Assembly (NCBI GenBank): GCA_050250895.1 | Contig: JBFWNU010000002.1 | Coordinates: 288,001-352,000, forward strand | DNA: 64,000 nt | From: Vulcanimicrobiota bacterium | Lineage (GTDB): Bacteria > Vulcanimicrobiota > Xenobia > Xenobiales > JADMJV01 | Reading direction: 5' to 3' | Shown here: positions 26,753-38,335 of the stretch, in pieces | How the letters are laid out: each line of letters starts with the position of its first letter | How positions within the stretch are numbered: the first letter of the stretch is position 1 | Notes under the pieces: generated by a model | Told to the model about the DNA's origin: nothing | The model's database searches: none | Seen by the model: the letters and a program-made list of their open reading frames with translations, nothing else | Program-made: the position numbers and the translations under genes

Positions 26753-26998
26753 CTAAGCGACCATGATGTTGACCGCTGAACCGCCCCCACCCAGGGCCGG
26801 CATCTGTCCGTTCTTGCCGAATTCGCAGGCCGCGTTGAGGCCGTCGAAGCCGCACTCTTGCTGGTCGTCGCCACCGTCGAGCCCTTCGCGCAAGATCTTG
26901 TCGAGTTCGGTGACGCCTTTGCCGATAGCTCCGCCAACCAGGGCTCCGGCCGCTTGTCCCAGGGTGCTTGCAAGTCCGATGATTCCGTCTAAAGCCAT
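26753..26998 (-). CDS. Small Gly-rich hypothetical protein
   Basis: RBS GGAGG; amphipathic GxxxG N-terminus; phased promoter. Confidence 0.6.
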   Translation of the reverse strand: MALDGIIGLASTLGQAAGALVGGAIGKGVTELDKILREGLDGGDDQQECGFDGLNAACEFGKNGQMPALGGGGSAVNIMVA

Positions 26999-27030
26999 TT
27001 GTCGTTGCCTCCGTGTTCTTGATTTCCATC

Positions 27031-27106
27031 ACTATATCGGGGGTTGCAGGAATCAGGGTGTGCATGGGCCGTTCGCATGCGGACAAGATGTTAACGTTTT
27101 GTGAGT
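27031..27106 (-). promoter_or_regulatory. Phased-repeat promoter with 16-bp box
   Basis: ACTCAC (70), AAAACGTTAACATCTT (GTTAAC at 59), GCACACCCT (27), TTCCTG (16), -10 TATAGT. Confidence 0.7.
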
Positions 27107-27134
27107 CAGCCTGGCGGAACTCGGTGGCACAACG

Positions 27135-27163
27135 AAAAGACGGCCGGGCGTGAGCCCGGCCGC
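27135..27163 (-). terminator. Intrinsic terminator
   Basis: CGGCCGGGC-TCAC-GCCCGGCCG-TCTTTT. Confidence 0.7.
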
Positions 27164-27185
27164 CGGCTGGCAGAGTCGGTCCTGG

Positions 27186-27893
27186 TTAGCGGCGGGTGTA
27201 ATAGACCCCGGAGCCTGGATTGTTCTGGTGCTCGCTGACCCGCTGGCGGGCGCTGCCGTTCGAGCCGATCAGCGTGCGCGCGCCCGGGGTTGCCACCAGT
27301 TCGGTGTGGCCCCGACTGTGATTGATCCAGACGTCGCCAGGCTGGGCCTCGCTAGCCGGAATCTGGCGATAGCCCTGGGCTTTGAGCGATTGCTCGAGTT
27401 CGTTGACGTTGATGTGATGGCCGCCCAACAGTCCCTGGCTCTCGAGGGCCGAACTCACGAAATCGGCACAGTTATTGGTGACCCCGCCAGCGGCGGTGAA
27501 GTGGGGCATGTCTCCACGCAGGCCGATGGAGTCGCGACCGAGATAGCGGCGGGCCAGGTCGATGGCCGCCTGACCGCTGCCCGGGGCTCCGGGCATCCCG
27601 GGATTCACCGGACTCATCATCGGTCCTCCGGGACCGGCCCCTAGAAAGTTGGTGATGCCCTCGCTGGGACCAAATCCCCCGCCGCCCGGGTTCCCACCGA
27701 AACCGGGTCCCTCACCCCCAAAGCCACCGGCCATGGGCAGCATGCCAGCGCCCCCGCCCATCACCATGCTCAAAATCTGCATCACGCACTGCATGACCAT
27801 CATCATGGCCTGCTCGGGCCCGCCCGGTAAACCGAATCCCCCCAGGCCGTTCATTCCCGGGCCGCCACCGCGGTCGATCTGGATGTTCACCAT
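27186..27893 (-). CDS. Gly/Met-rich protein with C-terminal NlpC/P60/CHAP-like amidase domain
   Basis: AIDLARRYLG, NNCADFVS, PGDVWI, GHTELV. Confidence 0.7.
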   Translation of the reverse strand: MVNIQIDRGGGPGMNGLGGFGLPGGPEQAMMMVMQCVMQILSMVMGGGAGMLPMAGGFGGEGPGFGGNPGGGGFGPSEGITNFLGAGPGGPMMSPVNPGMPGAPGSGQAAIDLARRYLGRDSIGLRGDMPHFTAAGGVTNNCADFVSSALESQGLLGGHHINVNELEQSLKAQGYRQIPASEAQPGDVWINHSRGHTELVATPGARTLIGSNGSARQRVSEHQNNPGSGVYYTRR

Positions 27894-27922
27894 AAACAAC
27901 ACTCCTCTTCTGGTTTGGGGCC

Positions 27923-27981
27923 AGCATAGAGGGTGAAGCTGGACCGAGGGTGTGCCAGCCCCGAGAAGATGTTAACGTTTT
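27923..27981 (-). promoter_or_regulatory. Phased-repeat promoter with 16-bp box
   Basis: AAAACGTTAACATCTT (GTTAAC at 48), GCACACCCT (27), GTCCAG (16), -10 TATGCT. Confidence 0.7.
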
Positions 27982-27984
27982 CGG

Positions 27985-29304
27985 CTATACGCGCAACTCG
28001 ACCCACTTGCGTCCGCGCCACAAAAGGGTCAAAAGACCGGCCTGGGTGATCCGGTAGACGGCGTGGACCAGCCACAGTCCGATCAATCCCTGATGGAGCA
28101 CCGGCCCTACCAGATAGCTGGTGGGCAGAAAGAAGAGCCACTGGGTCCCGATCACCACCAGCAGCACCCGGCGATTGTCGCCGACGCCTTGCAAGGCGTG
28201 CAGAAAGACCATGCCGAAGGTGTCGAACGGCAAGGTCAGAGCGATGATGCGCACCGGCCACAGGGCCATCTCGAGGGTGGCCTGATCGTGGATGAACGGC
28301 GCCAGCACCAGCCGGGGGGCCAACAGGCCCAACAAGCAGACGGGCACGATAAAGCGAAACGAGAGGGCCACCACCTCCCATCCCCAGGCCACCGCTCGCT
28401 CGGGATCGCCCCGGCCCAGTTCTTGCCCGGCCAGGGCCCCGGCTGACAATCCGAAGCCGATCTCGACCAGGATCACCACCAGCAACAAGTTGATGAGCAC
28501 GTTGGTGGCAGCCAGCTCGGCTGTGCCCACCAGACCGACGATCCAGTAAAGGGTGGTCATGCCGGTGGCGAACAGAAACTGCTGCAGGCCAGCCGGCCAG
28601 AGCAGGCGCAGCAGGCTGAGCATCGTGTCGCGGCTGGGTAGTCCATGCAGAAAGCCGTTGTCGGCTGCCAGCGCGCGCGCTTGCACCAGATACGACAGAG
28701 TGCCGAAGTAGAGAGCCAGAGTGGTGGCCAGGCCGGCGCCGGTGGCCCCCAGTGCAGGCAGGCCGCACTTGCCGAAGATCAACAGATAGTTGAGCACGAT
28801 GTTGAGGGCATGCATGCCCCACAAAGTGCGCATGTAGATGCGCGAGCGGTCGGTGCCGTTCCAGAACCCGCGAAAGGCGAAGTTGGCTCCGATGGCCACC
28901 ACTCCCAAGACTCGCGCTTTGTAGTACGGAACAGCCACAGCCAGCACCTGAGTGTCGCTGTTGACCAGGGCCAGCAGCCAGGGCGATAGCCAGTAGAGCA
29001 GGGCCGAGGCGGGGATTCCCAGGGCCACCACCATCAGCAAGGCTCCGTTGAGAGGCCAGGCCGCCCGCTCTTGCAGGCCTTCCCCCACCCGACGGGCGGC
29101 GATGGCCTGCACCGACGAGGCGAAGCCCTGGAAGAAGGCCACCGACATGAAGGTCACAAACCCGCCCAGGCCGACCGCTGCCAGAGCCGCGTTGCCCAGC
29201 GTGCCGACCATGGCCGTGTCGACCAGGTTGAGCACGTTCTGCGAGACCATTCCCCCGATGATGGGTAAAGCCAGGCCGAGAATGCGAGAACGGCTGTCGG
29301 TCAC
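27985..29304 (-). CDS. MATE family efflux transporter
   Basis: LALPIIGG..NLVDTAMVGTLG..ALAAVG; NIVLNYLLIFG..GLPALGATGAGLAT; about 12 TM. Confidence 0.93.
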   Translation of the reverse strand: MTDSRSRILGLALPIIGGMVSQNVLNLVDTAMVGTLGNAALAAVGLGGFVTFMSVAFFQGFASSVQAIAARRVGEGLQERAAWPLNGALLMVVALGIPASALLYWLSPWLLALVNSDTQVLAVAVPYYKARVLGVVAIGANFAFRGFWNGTDRSRIYMRTLWGMHALNIVLNYLLIFGKCGLPALGATGAGLATTLALYFGTLSYLVQARALAADNGFLHGLPSRDTMLSLLRLLWPAGLQQFLFATGMTTLYWIVGLVGTAELAATNVLINLLLVVILVEIGFGLSAGALAGQELGRGDPERAVAWGWEVVALSFRFIVPVCLLGLLAPRLVLAPFIHDQATLEMALWPVRIIALTLPFDTFGMVFLHALQGVGDNRRVLLVVIGTQWLFFLPTSYLVGPVLHQGLIGLWLVHAVYRITQAGLLTLLWRGRKWVELRV

Positions 29305-29428
29305 CTGGCAGGCATTCCCGTTGCCGGGATCTTCCCCTGGGGAGGACGAGGATTTCTCCGGTGGGTTTGTTTTGGGCCCGCCAGGCGAACGAGTTCACCC
29401 GACAGGCCCAGCCTGGGTTTGGACGCCT

Positions 29429-30580
29429 CTATCGAGCCACCAGTCCCACCGGCGTGGCCGGCAGGCCCGCGAAGGTCGGTTGCGGAGTTAGCGAGCCGTT
29501 GCCGTTGATGGCGAAGATGCTCAGAGTGCCATCGGTGCGGTTGAGCACATAGAGAAAATCGCCCTCGGGAGTGATCGCCTCATCGACCGGACCATCGCCG
29601 GTAGCCCCGGTCACTCCACCGGGATCCAGCAGCGCCAGCGCTCCGTTGTTGCTCACGCTATAGCCCGACACGCTATCGCTGCCGGTATTGGTGACATAAG
29701 CGAAGGCTCCGTTGGGAGTGACCTCGACCCAGCAGGCGCCGGTTTCGGTGTCGGGCACCGAGGCGCTCACCTGGTTGAGGTTGCCGGTGCCGGCGTCGAC
29801 GGTGTAAGACGACACGGTGCTACCGTCCACCACCGCTTGCTGAGCTTCGCTGACCACCAGCGCTCCCCCGGGGGTGAAGTCGAATCCGAAGGGAGTGGCG
29901 CCGGCCGAACCGTTGAAATTCGGGCCGGCCGTCAGCCCGGTGGCCGTGTTGACGGTGAAAGTGCTGATAAAGTTGGTGTCGCGCTCGGTCACCACCAGCA
30001 CGTTGCCGGCCGGGTTGAATTCGATCTGGGCCGGGTTGGGTAAGGGCGCGCTCAGGCCTCGGGTCGAGTTGGCGATGGCCTGCAGGCTATTGCCGTTAAC
30101 GCGAAAGCCGACGATATTGGCGGGCGTGCCGGCGTCTCCGAAATTGAGCACATAGACGAGGTCGTTGGACACGGTCACGCTGATGGGTCGCACACCGCCG
30201 GTGTTGACCCGGTCAAGCACCGACAGCGAGCCATCGGCCGCCAGTTGCATCATCGAAACGGTGTTGTCGCCCGCGTTGACGGCGAAAAATCGGTTGGTGG
30301 CGGCCTGGAATTCGAGCGCGTTGGTCGAGCCGTTGAGCCCGTCGCCCGAACCTGTTCCGCCGGTGGCGAATTGACCGAATACCGACAACGAGCCGTCGGC
30401 CATTCGCCCAAAGACCAGGATCTGATTCCCTCCCGGACTATTGTTCATGGTGTAGACCGCCCGCGGGGGAACTTGCACCACCGGCGGAAAGAAGACTGGC
30501 GTCTCGTCGCTTGAGCCGGAATCGCAGCCGAACAGGGCGGCGGCCAGCACGAGGGCCAGCAGATAGCGGAGTAGTTTCAT
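29429..30580 (-). CDS. Lipoprotein, lactonase-family 7-bladed beta-propeller
   Basis: Lipobox LFGC; repeats [39 protein letters not shown]. Confidence 0.85.
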   Translation of the reverse strand: MKLLRYLLALVLAAALFGCDSGSSDETPVFFPPVVQVPPRAVYTMNNSPGGNQILVFGRMADGSLSVFGQFATGGTGSGDGLNGSTNALEFQAATNRFFAVNAGDNTVSMMQLAADGSLSVLDRVNTGGVRPISVTVSNDLVYVLNFGDAGTPANIVGFRVNGNSLQAIANSTRGLSAPLPNPAQIEFNPAGNVLVVTERDTNFISTFTVNTATGLTAGPNFNGSAGATPFGFDFTPGGALVVSEAQQAVVDGSTVSSYTVDAGTGNLNQVSASVPDTETGACWVEVTPNGAFAYVTNTGSDSVSGYSVSNNGALALLDPGGVTGATGDGPVDEAITPEGDFLYVLNRTDGTLSIFAINGNGSLTPQPTFAGLPATPVGLVAR

Positions 30581-30852
30581 TTTGTCGTCCTTTCGAAAAA
30601 GACAACCCCAGGCGATGGCTTTCTGGACGACGCGGTCAGCCCCTAGGCCAGGCTCAAACTGTATGCGCCGGTATGCCAGGGAGGCATCCGGGGGTATCCC
30701 CTGGTTGGCCGAGTGGCGCGGGGTGCGACCGGAAGGGCGAACCCACCGCTCTGCGGCGGGACGACCGTCGGTCTCAACGCTATTGGCGGAGCGGCGTTCG
30801 GGTGCTGTCTGGGCGGCTAAGCGAACAGCGGTTTGTTGGCCTCACGGCGGGG

Positions 30853-30881
30853 TTGACCTCGAGCGCAGGGAATGGTAATGT
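30853..30881 (+). promoter_or_regulatory. Sigma70-type promoter of rpsN
   Basis: TTGACC-N17-TAATGT with extended TG. Confidence 0.75.
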
Positions 30882-30924
30882 ACCGGCCTGTAAGTTTTCG
30901 AGAAGAAGGCTGGAGGAAAAGAAC

Positions 30925-31230
30925 TTGGCTAAAAAGAGTGCGATTGCTCGCAACAAGAAGCGCGAGCGTCTGGCAGAACTACAGAAAGAGCGCCGCGCCG
31001 AGCTGCGCAAGAAGCTCAAAGACCCCAATCTGGGCTTCGAGGAAAAGCAGGAAGTGATGTTCAAATTGCAGTCGCTTCCCCGCAATGGCGCCCGCGTGCG
31101 CGTCCTCAACCGCTGCCTGATTTCCGGGCGCCCTAAGGCGGTCTACCGCAAGTTCAAAGTGTCTCGCATCGTGCTGCGTGAGCTGGCTCACCAGGGCATG
31201 ATCCCGGGCATGAAAAAAGCCAGCTGGTAA
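30925..31230 (+). CDS. rpsN: 30S ribosomal protein S14, 101-aa zinc-free (C-) form
   Basis: TTG start after GGAGG; [13 protein letters not shown]...[44 protein letters not shown]. Confidence 0.95.
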   Translation: MAKKSAIARNKKRERLAELQKERRAELRKKLKDPNLGFEEKQEVMFKLQSLPRNGARVRVLNRCLISGRPKAVYRKFKVSRIVLRELAHQGMIPGMKKASW

Positions 31231-31251
31231 AAGACTCATAGCCTTCTTCCC

Positions 31252-31277
31252 AGAGACCCGGCGACGGGTCTCTTTTG
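31252..31277 (+). terminator. Intrinsic terminator
   Basis: AGAGACCCG-GCGA-CGGGTCTCT-TTT. Confidence 0.8.
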
Positions 31278-31410
31278 CTTTGGCCGGCGTAATACGGCCG
31301 GGGCCGCCCGCCGACCGGGCCTCGGCCCTCGCGATGCCGAAGCTCCGCCGCGCCAAGCCGATGACCAACCCGGCCCCAACCTCGAACCAAATCCTCCAAA
31401 AGCCCTTTCG

Positions 31411-31441
31411 GTAAACGTTAAGGTTTACAAAGAATTTACAA
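31411..31441. promoter_or_regulatory. Cluster of GTAAAC/TTTACA boxes upstream of the FG-rich gene
   Basis: GTAAAC-GTTAAG-GTTTAC inverted repeat and TTTACAA-N4-TTTACAA direct repeat. Confidence 0.5.
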
Positions 31442-31483
31442 TCATCAGCGGGGATGGGAAGGGGGGTGGCGAAGATATCACAC

Positions 31484-32095
31484 ATGGCAGTTAATCAAGC
31501 AGGAGCGCAACCGGTCAATAACACACCGACCACCACAACGACAGCGGCGACAACGCCCGCGAACACTGCCGCCGGCACAGGCGGCACATCCAATGTCGAT
31601 ATGAATAGCCTGCTCGAGGGCATCGGCTCTCTGGTAGGCATCCTCACCAGCCTGGCCGAGGCTTGGGCGGGCACCAATGGCGGCGACGCGGCCATGCAAG
31701 AAGAGATGCGGCGCCGCGAAGAAGAGCAGATGCAGGTATGGAACACCATCCTGGGGGCTCGTCAGCAAGATTTCAACATCGCCGCAGGGCTGGCTCAGAG
31801 CGCCTTCGGCAATAACGACTTCCAGATGCAGATCCTGTCGAACGCACTGCCCGGGCTGGGCAGCATGCTCGGTGGCCTGCAGGGGGCGAACCTCAACCCC
31901 TTCGGTCAGCAGGGTTTTGGCCAGCCGCAAGCCTTCGGCACCCAAAATCTCGGAGGGTTGGGCTTCGGCCAGCAACAAGCCTTTGGCGGTTTCGGCGTAG
32001 GAGGCTTTCAGCAGGCGTCCCCCTTCGGCGGCCTCGGCAACAATTTCGGTGGGGGTGGCTTCGGCAGCGGCCCAGCCTGGCTCCAGTTCTTCTAA
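31484..32095 (+). CDS. Hypothetical protein, Thr/Ala-rich N-terminus and Phe-Gly/Gln-rich C-terminus
   Basis: ORF with its own terminator; many FG dipeptides. Confidence 0.7.
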   Translation: MAVNQAGAQPVNNTPTTTTTAATTPANTAAGTGGTSNVDMNSLLEGIGSLVGILTSLAEAWAGTNGGDAAMQEEMRRREEEQMQVWNTILGARQQDFNIAAGLAQSAFGNNDFQMQILSNALPGLGSMLGGLQGANLNPFGQQGFGQPQAFGTQNLGGLGFGQQQAFGGFGVGGFQQASPFGGLGNNFGGGGFGSGPAWLQFF

Positions 32096-32110
32096 GTCAA
32101 ACTGCCGGCG

Positions 32111-32140
32111 AAAAAAGACACCCGATCGGGTGTCTTTTTT
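32111..32140. terminator. Bidirectional intrinsic terminator
   Basis: Perfect palindrome AAAAAAGACACCCGATCGGGTGTCTTTTTT. Confidence 0.85.
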
Positions 32141-32289
32141 GTTTTCCAGGGTATAAGGCTGGCTAGTGTAGACTTCACACGATGACGGCATCGCGCGGAG
32201 AAACCACCGAAATTAGCAGGAATCCAGGACGGGGGCAGGAAGCCCCCGTGACTTTTCGCCTCGTCTGGGCGATTGGAGGCATACATACA

Positions 32290-33519
32290 TTGAGTTACCA
32301 CCTATTCACTTCCGAGTCCGTGACCGAAGGTCACCCCGATAAGGTCTGTGACCAGATCTCGGACGCGATCCTCGACGCGTTCCTGGCCCAAGACCCCCAA
32401 GCTCGCGTTGCTTGCGAGACGTTCGCCCATACGGGCTGCATCCACGTGGCCGGACAGATTTCGTCGTCGGCCAACTATGTCGACATCAGCGACATCGTGC
32501 GCGCCACTCTGATGGAGATTGGCTACAACAACCCGGCTTACGGCATCGACGGCAAAAGCTGCGGCATCCTCATTTCGGTCGACAAGCAGAGCCCCGACAT
32601 CGCCCAGGGCGTTGACGCTGCTCTCGAGACCCGCGATAAGGGCGCCAAGAGCGAAGAAGAGTCGATGGGCGCCGGCGACCAGGGCCTGATGTTCGGCTAC
32701 GCCTGCCGCGAGACCGAAGAGCTGATGCCCCTGGGCATCATGATGAGCCACAAGCTGGCCCGTCAACTGGCCAAGGTTCGCCACGACGGCACCGTGCCTT
32801 ATCTTCGCCCTGACGGCAAGACCCAGGTGACCGTGCGCTACGAAAACGACGAGCCGGTAGCCATCGAGACCATCTTGATCTCGACCCAGCACCACGACGG
32901 CATCGAGCTCGAGCAGATCCGCAAGGACCTGGTCGAGCACGTCATCAAGCCCATCGTGCCGACCAAGATGCTCAAAGAAGAAAGCGGCAAGATCGTCAGC
33001 CCCCGCATCCTGGTCAACCCCACCGGCAAGTTCGTGCTGGGCGGTCCTGAAGCCGACACTGGCCTGACCGGCCGCAAGATCATCGTCGACACCTACGGCG
33101 GCATGGCTCGCCACGGTGGCGGCGCCTTCTCGGGCAAGGATCCCACCAAGGTCGACCGCTCGGCCAACTACGCTGCCCGCTGGGTGGCCAAGAACGTGGT
33201 CGCCGCAGGTCTTGCCGATCGCTGCGAAGTCGCTCTGTCCTACGCCATCGGCGTGGCCGAGCCGGTCAGCATCGCGGTCGATACCTTCGGTACCAACAAG
33301 ATCCCTCAAGAGAAGATTTCCGAGCTGGTAGAGAAGCACTTCGACCTGCGTCCCGGTGCCATCGTCAAGCAGCTCAAACTGCGCGAGCCGGGCTACAAAG
33401 CTGTGGCTGCTTACGGGCACTTTGGCCGTCACGATCTCAACCTGACCTGGGAGAAGACCGACAAGGCCGATGAGCTTCGCAAAGCGGCTGGTTTGAAAGA
33501 GGCTGTTGGCGCCAGCTAA
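32290..33519 (+). CDS. metK: S-adenosylmethionine synthetase
   Basis: [29 protein letters not shown]; TTG start after GGAGG. Confidence 0.98.
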   Translation: MSYHLFTSESVTEGHPDKVCDQISDAILDAFLAQDPQARVACETFAHTGCIHVAGQISSSANYVDISDIVRATLMEIGYNNPAYGIDGKSCGILISVDKQSPDIAQGVDAALETRDKGAKSEEESMGAGDQGLMFGYACRETEELMPLGIMMSHKLARQLAKVRHDGTVPYLRPDGKTQVTVRYENDEPVAIETILISTQHHDGIELEQIRKDLVEHVIKPIVPTKMLKEESGKIVSPRILVNPTGKFVLGGPEADTGLTGRKIIVDTYGGMARHGGGAFSGKDPTKVDRSANYAARWVAKNVVAAGLADRCEVALSYAIGVAEPVSIAVDTFGTNKIPQEKISELVEKHFDLRPGAIVKQLKLREPGYKAVAAYGHFGRHDLNLTWEKTDKADELRKAAGLKEAVGAS

Positions 33520-33545
33520 CGAAGATTCTTTTCAAAGCGAGGCTT

Positions 33546-33575
33546 GAAAGGGCGTCCTTGCGAGGGCGCCCTTTC
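33546..33575 (+). terminator. Terminator hairpin
   Basis: GAAAGGGCG...CGCCCTTTC. Confidence 0.65.
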
Positions 33576-33610
33576 GTCGCCAGTTCGAGGAGGCGAACAC
33601 CCCCCACGCA

Positions 33611-37014
<3,404 letters not shown>

Positions 37015-37018
<4 letters not shown>

Positions 37019-37449
37019 CGCTCGTCGAGAAGTCCGTTGTGGACCTGGGGATAGTTCGGCCGAATATAGTCGAGCTGGAACGAGTGGATGCCCGGACAGG
37101 CCAGGGTGTAGCCAGGATTGCCGGTGGCATTGTCGACCGTATACGACGGGTCGTAGGCCAGCCCGTTACTGGGACAGGTCGGCAGAGCGGCAATGAAACG
37201 CTGGTTGAGGGGGCCGGCCGACAGGGTGTTCAAGGTCGGGGGATACAGACCGTTGTTGTCGGCGGCATAGCTTTCCAGGGCGGTGGCGATGTTCTTCTCG
37301 TTCGAGATGCAGCCGGCGTGGAAAGCCTTGAACCGGGCTCGCATCAAGTTGGGCAACAGCAGGCCCGCCAGCACGCCGATAATCATCATCACGATCATCA
37401 GCTCGATCAGGGTGAAGCCTCGGCTTCTTGGTCGTTTGATACTCATCAT
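37015..37449 (-). CDS. Type IV pilin / GspG-like pseudopilin
   Basis: RG/FTLIELMIVMMIIGVLAGLLLPN; C.SN.KNIATALESY. Confidence 0.9.
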
Positions 37450-37609
37450 TTTCCCCCTACGAAACCTCTTCAAGGAAAGTAATGTCTCACTTTGGGCGAG
37501 GATCCTCCGCAACTTAAGGGAAGGACTTTTGTTGATAGCAATGAACTTGCGCGTTCCAACTTACTTATACCCATGGTCCTACGCTTAGGGACGGGTTGGG
37601 AGGATTTTC

Positions 37610-38335
37610 TTGTCAAGCTTTTCATACAAACGTTTCATCGGCCTGGTCCTGGGCTGGTGCCTGTTGGCATCGCTGGCCGCCTCGGCCCAGTCGGCCACCT
37701 ACGCTATCCTTATTGTCGGCGATGAGAGCAATGCCGAAATGCTTCGCCAAGAAAAAGTCTTGATCGGGGCCATGGCCAAGACCATCCGCAAGCAAAGCCC
37801 CGATCAGAAGCTTTCGATCTACAGCTACCACTTCAACAAAGAGCGGGAGCGAGTCTATTGCGAGCAAAGACTCAACGTCTTGAAAGAAGACCTGCTTTTT
37901 GTAGGCGTGGTTCGCCTCGACGAGACCGTCCCCCGCAAGGTCGTCTATCGTATCGACCGCATCAACAATCCCACCCGCGCCGCCGACGACGTGTTGGCCC
38001 GCGCCGAAGAGTTGCGCACCGAGACCGTGGCCACCCCCGCCCCTGTGCCCGCCCCGGCTCCCTCCGAGACTCCGGCGCCCGCCACCGCTGGCTGGCGTAT
38101 TCAGCTCGGTTCGTTTACCCAGTTGAAGTACGCCGAGGAGCGGGTGCTTGAACTCGAAGAGCTTGGCTACGCCGCCACCATCGACAAGGGCGACCAGGCC
38201 GACAATCCGATGTTCAAAGTCACCGTCGGCCCTTTCGAGACCCGCGAGGCCCTCGACACCGCTTTGACCGAACTCAAGAGCAAGGGGTTCGAGCAAGCCT
38301 TCGCCATCGAGACCAAACCCCAAGACGGAGAGTGA
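37610..38335 (+). CDS. Secreted SPOR-domain protein
   Basis: Signal peptide ending ASA; WRIQLGSF...A...L...GY...FKVTVGPF..R..L...LKSKGF. Confidence 0.8.
   Translation: MSSFSYKRFIGLVLGWCLLASLAASAQSATYAILIVGDESNAEMLRQEKVLIGAMAKTIRKQSPDQKLSIYSYHFNKERERVYCEQRLNVLKEDLLFVGVVRLDETVPRKVVYRIDRINNPTRAADDVLARAEELRTETVATPAPVPAPAPSETPAPATAGWRIQLGSFTQLKYAEERVLELEELGYAATIDKGDQADNPMFKVTVGPFETREALDTALTELKSKGFEQAFAIETKPQDGE

Noticed and set aside
30600-30850. GC-rich intergenic region with small hairpins as a possible ncRNA or riboswitch
   Set aside because: No recognisable family signature, and such hairpins are expected at this GC content.
30511-30924. N-terminally extended S14 (239 aa)
   Set aside because: Promoter, RBS and TTG at 30925 define a normal 101-aa protein.
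32302-33432. 376-aa ORF antisense to metK (similar long shadows at 25000-26673, 45125-46732, 46835-48067, 48299-49381, 58759-60072, 42913-44268)
   Set aside because: Antisense shadows expected from GC-biased codon usage of genuine genes; no motifs or RBS.
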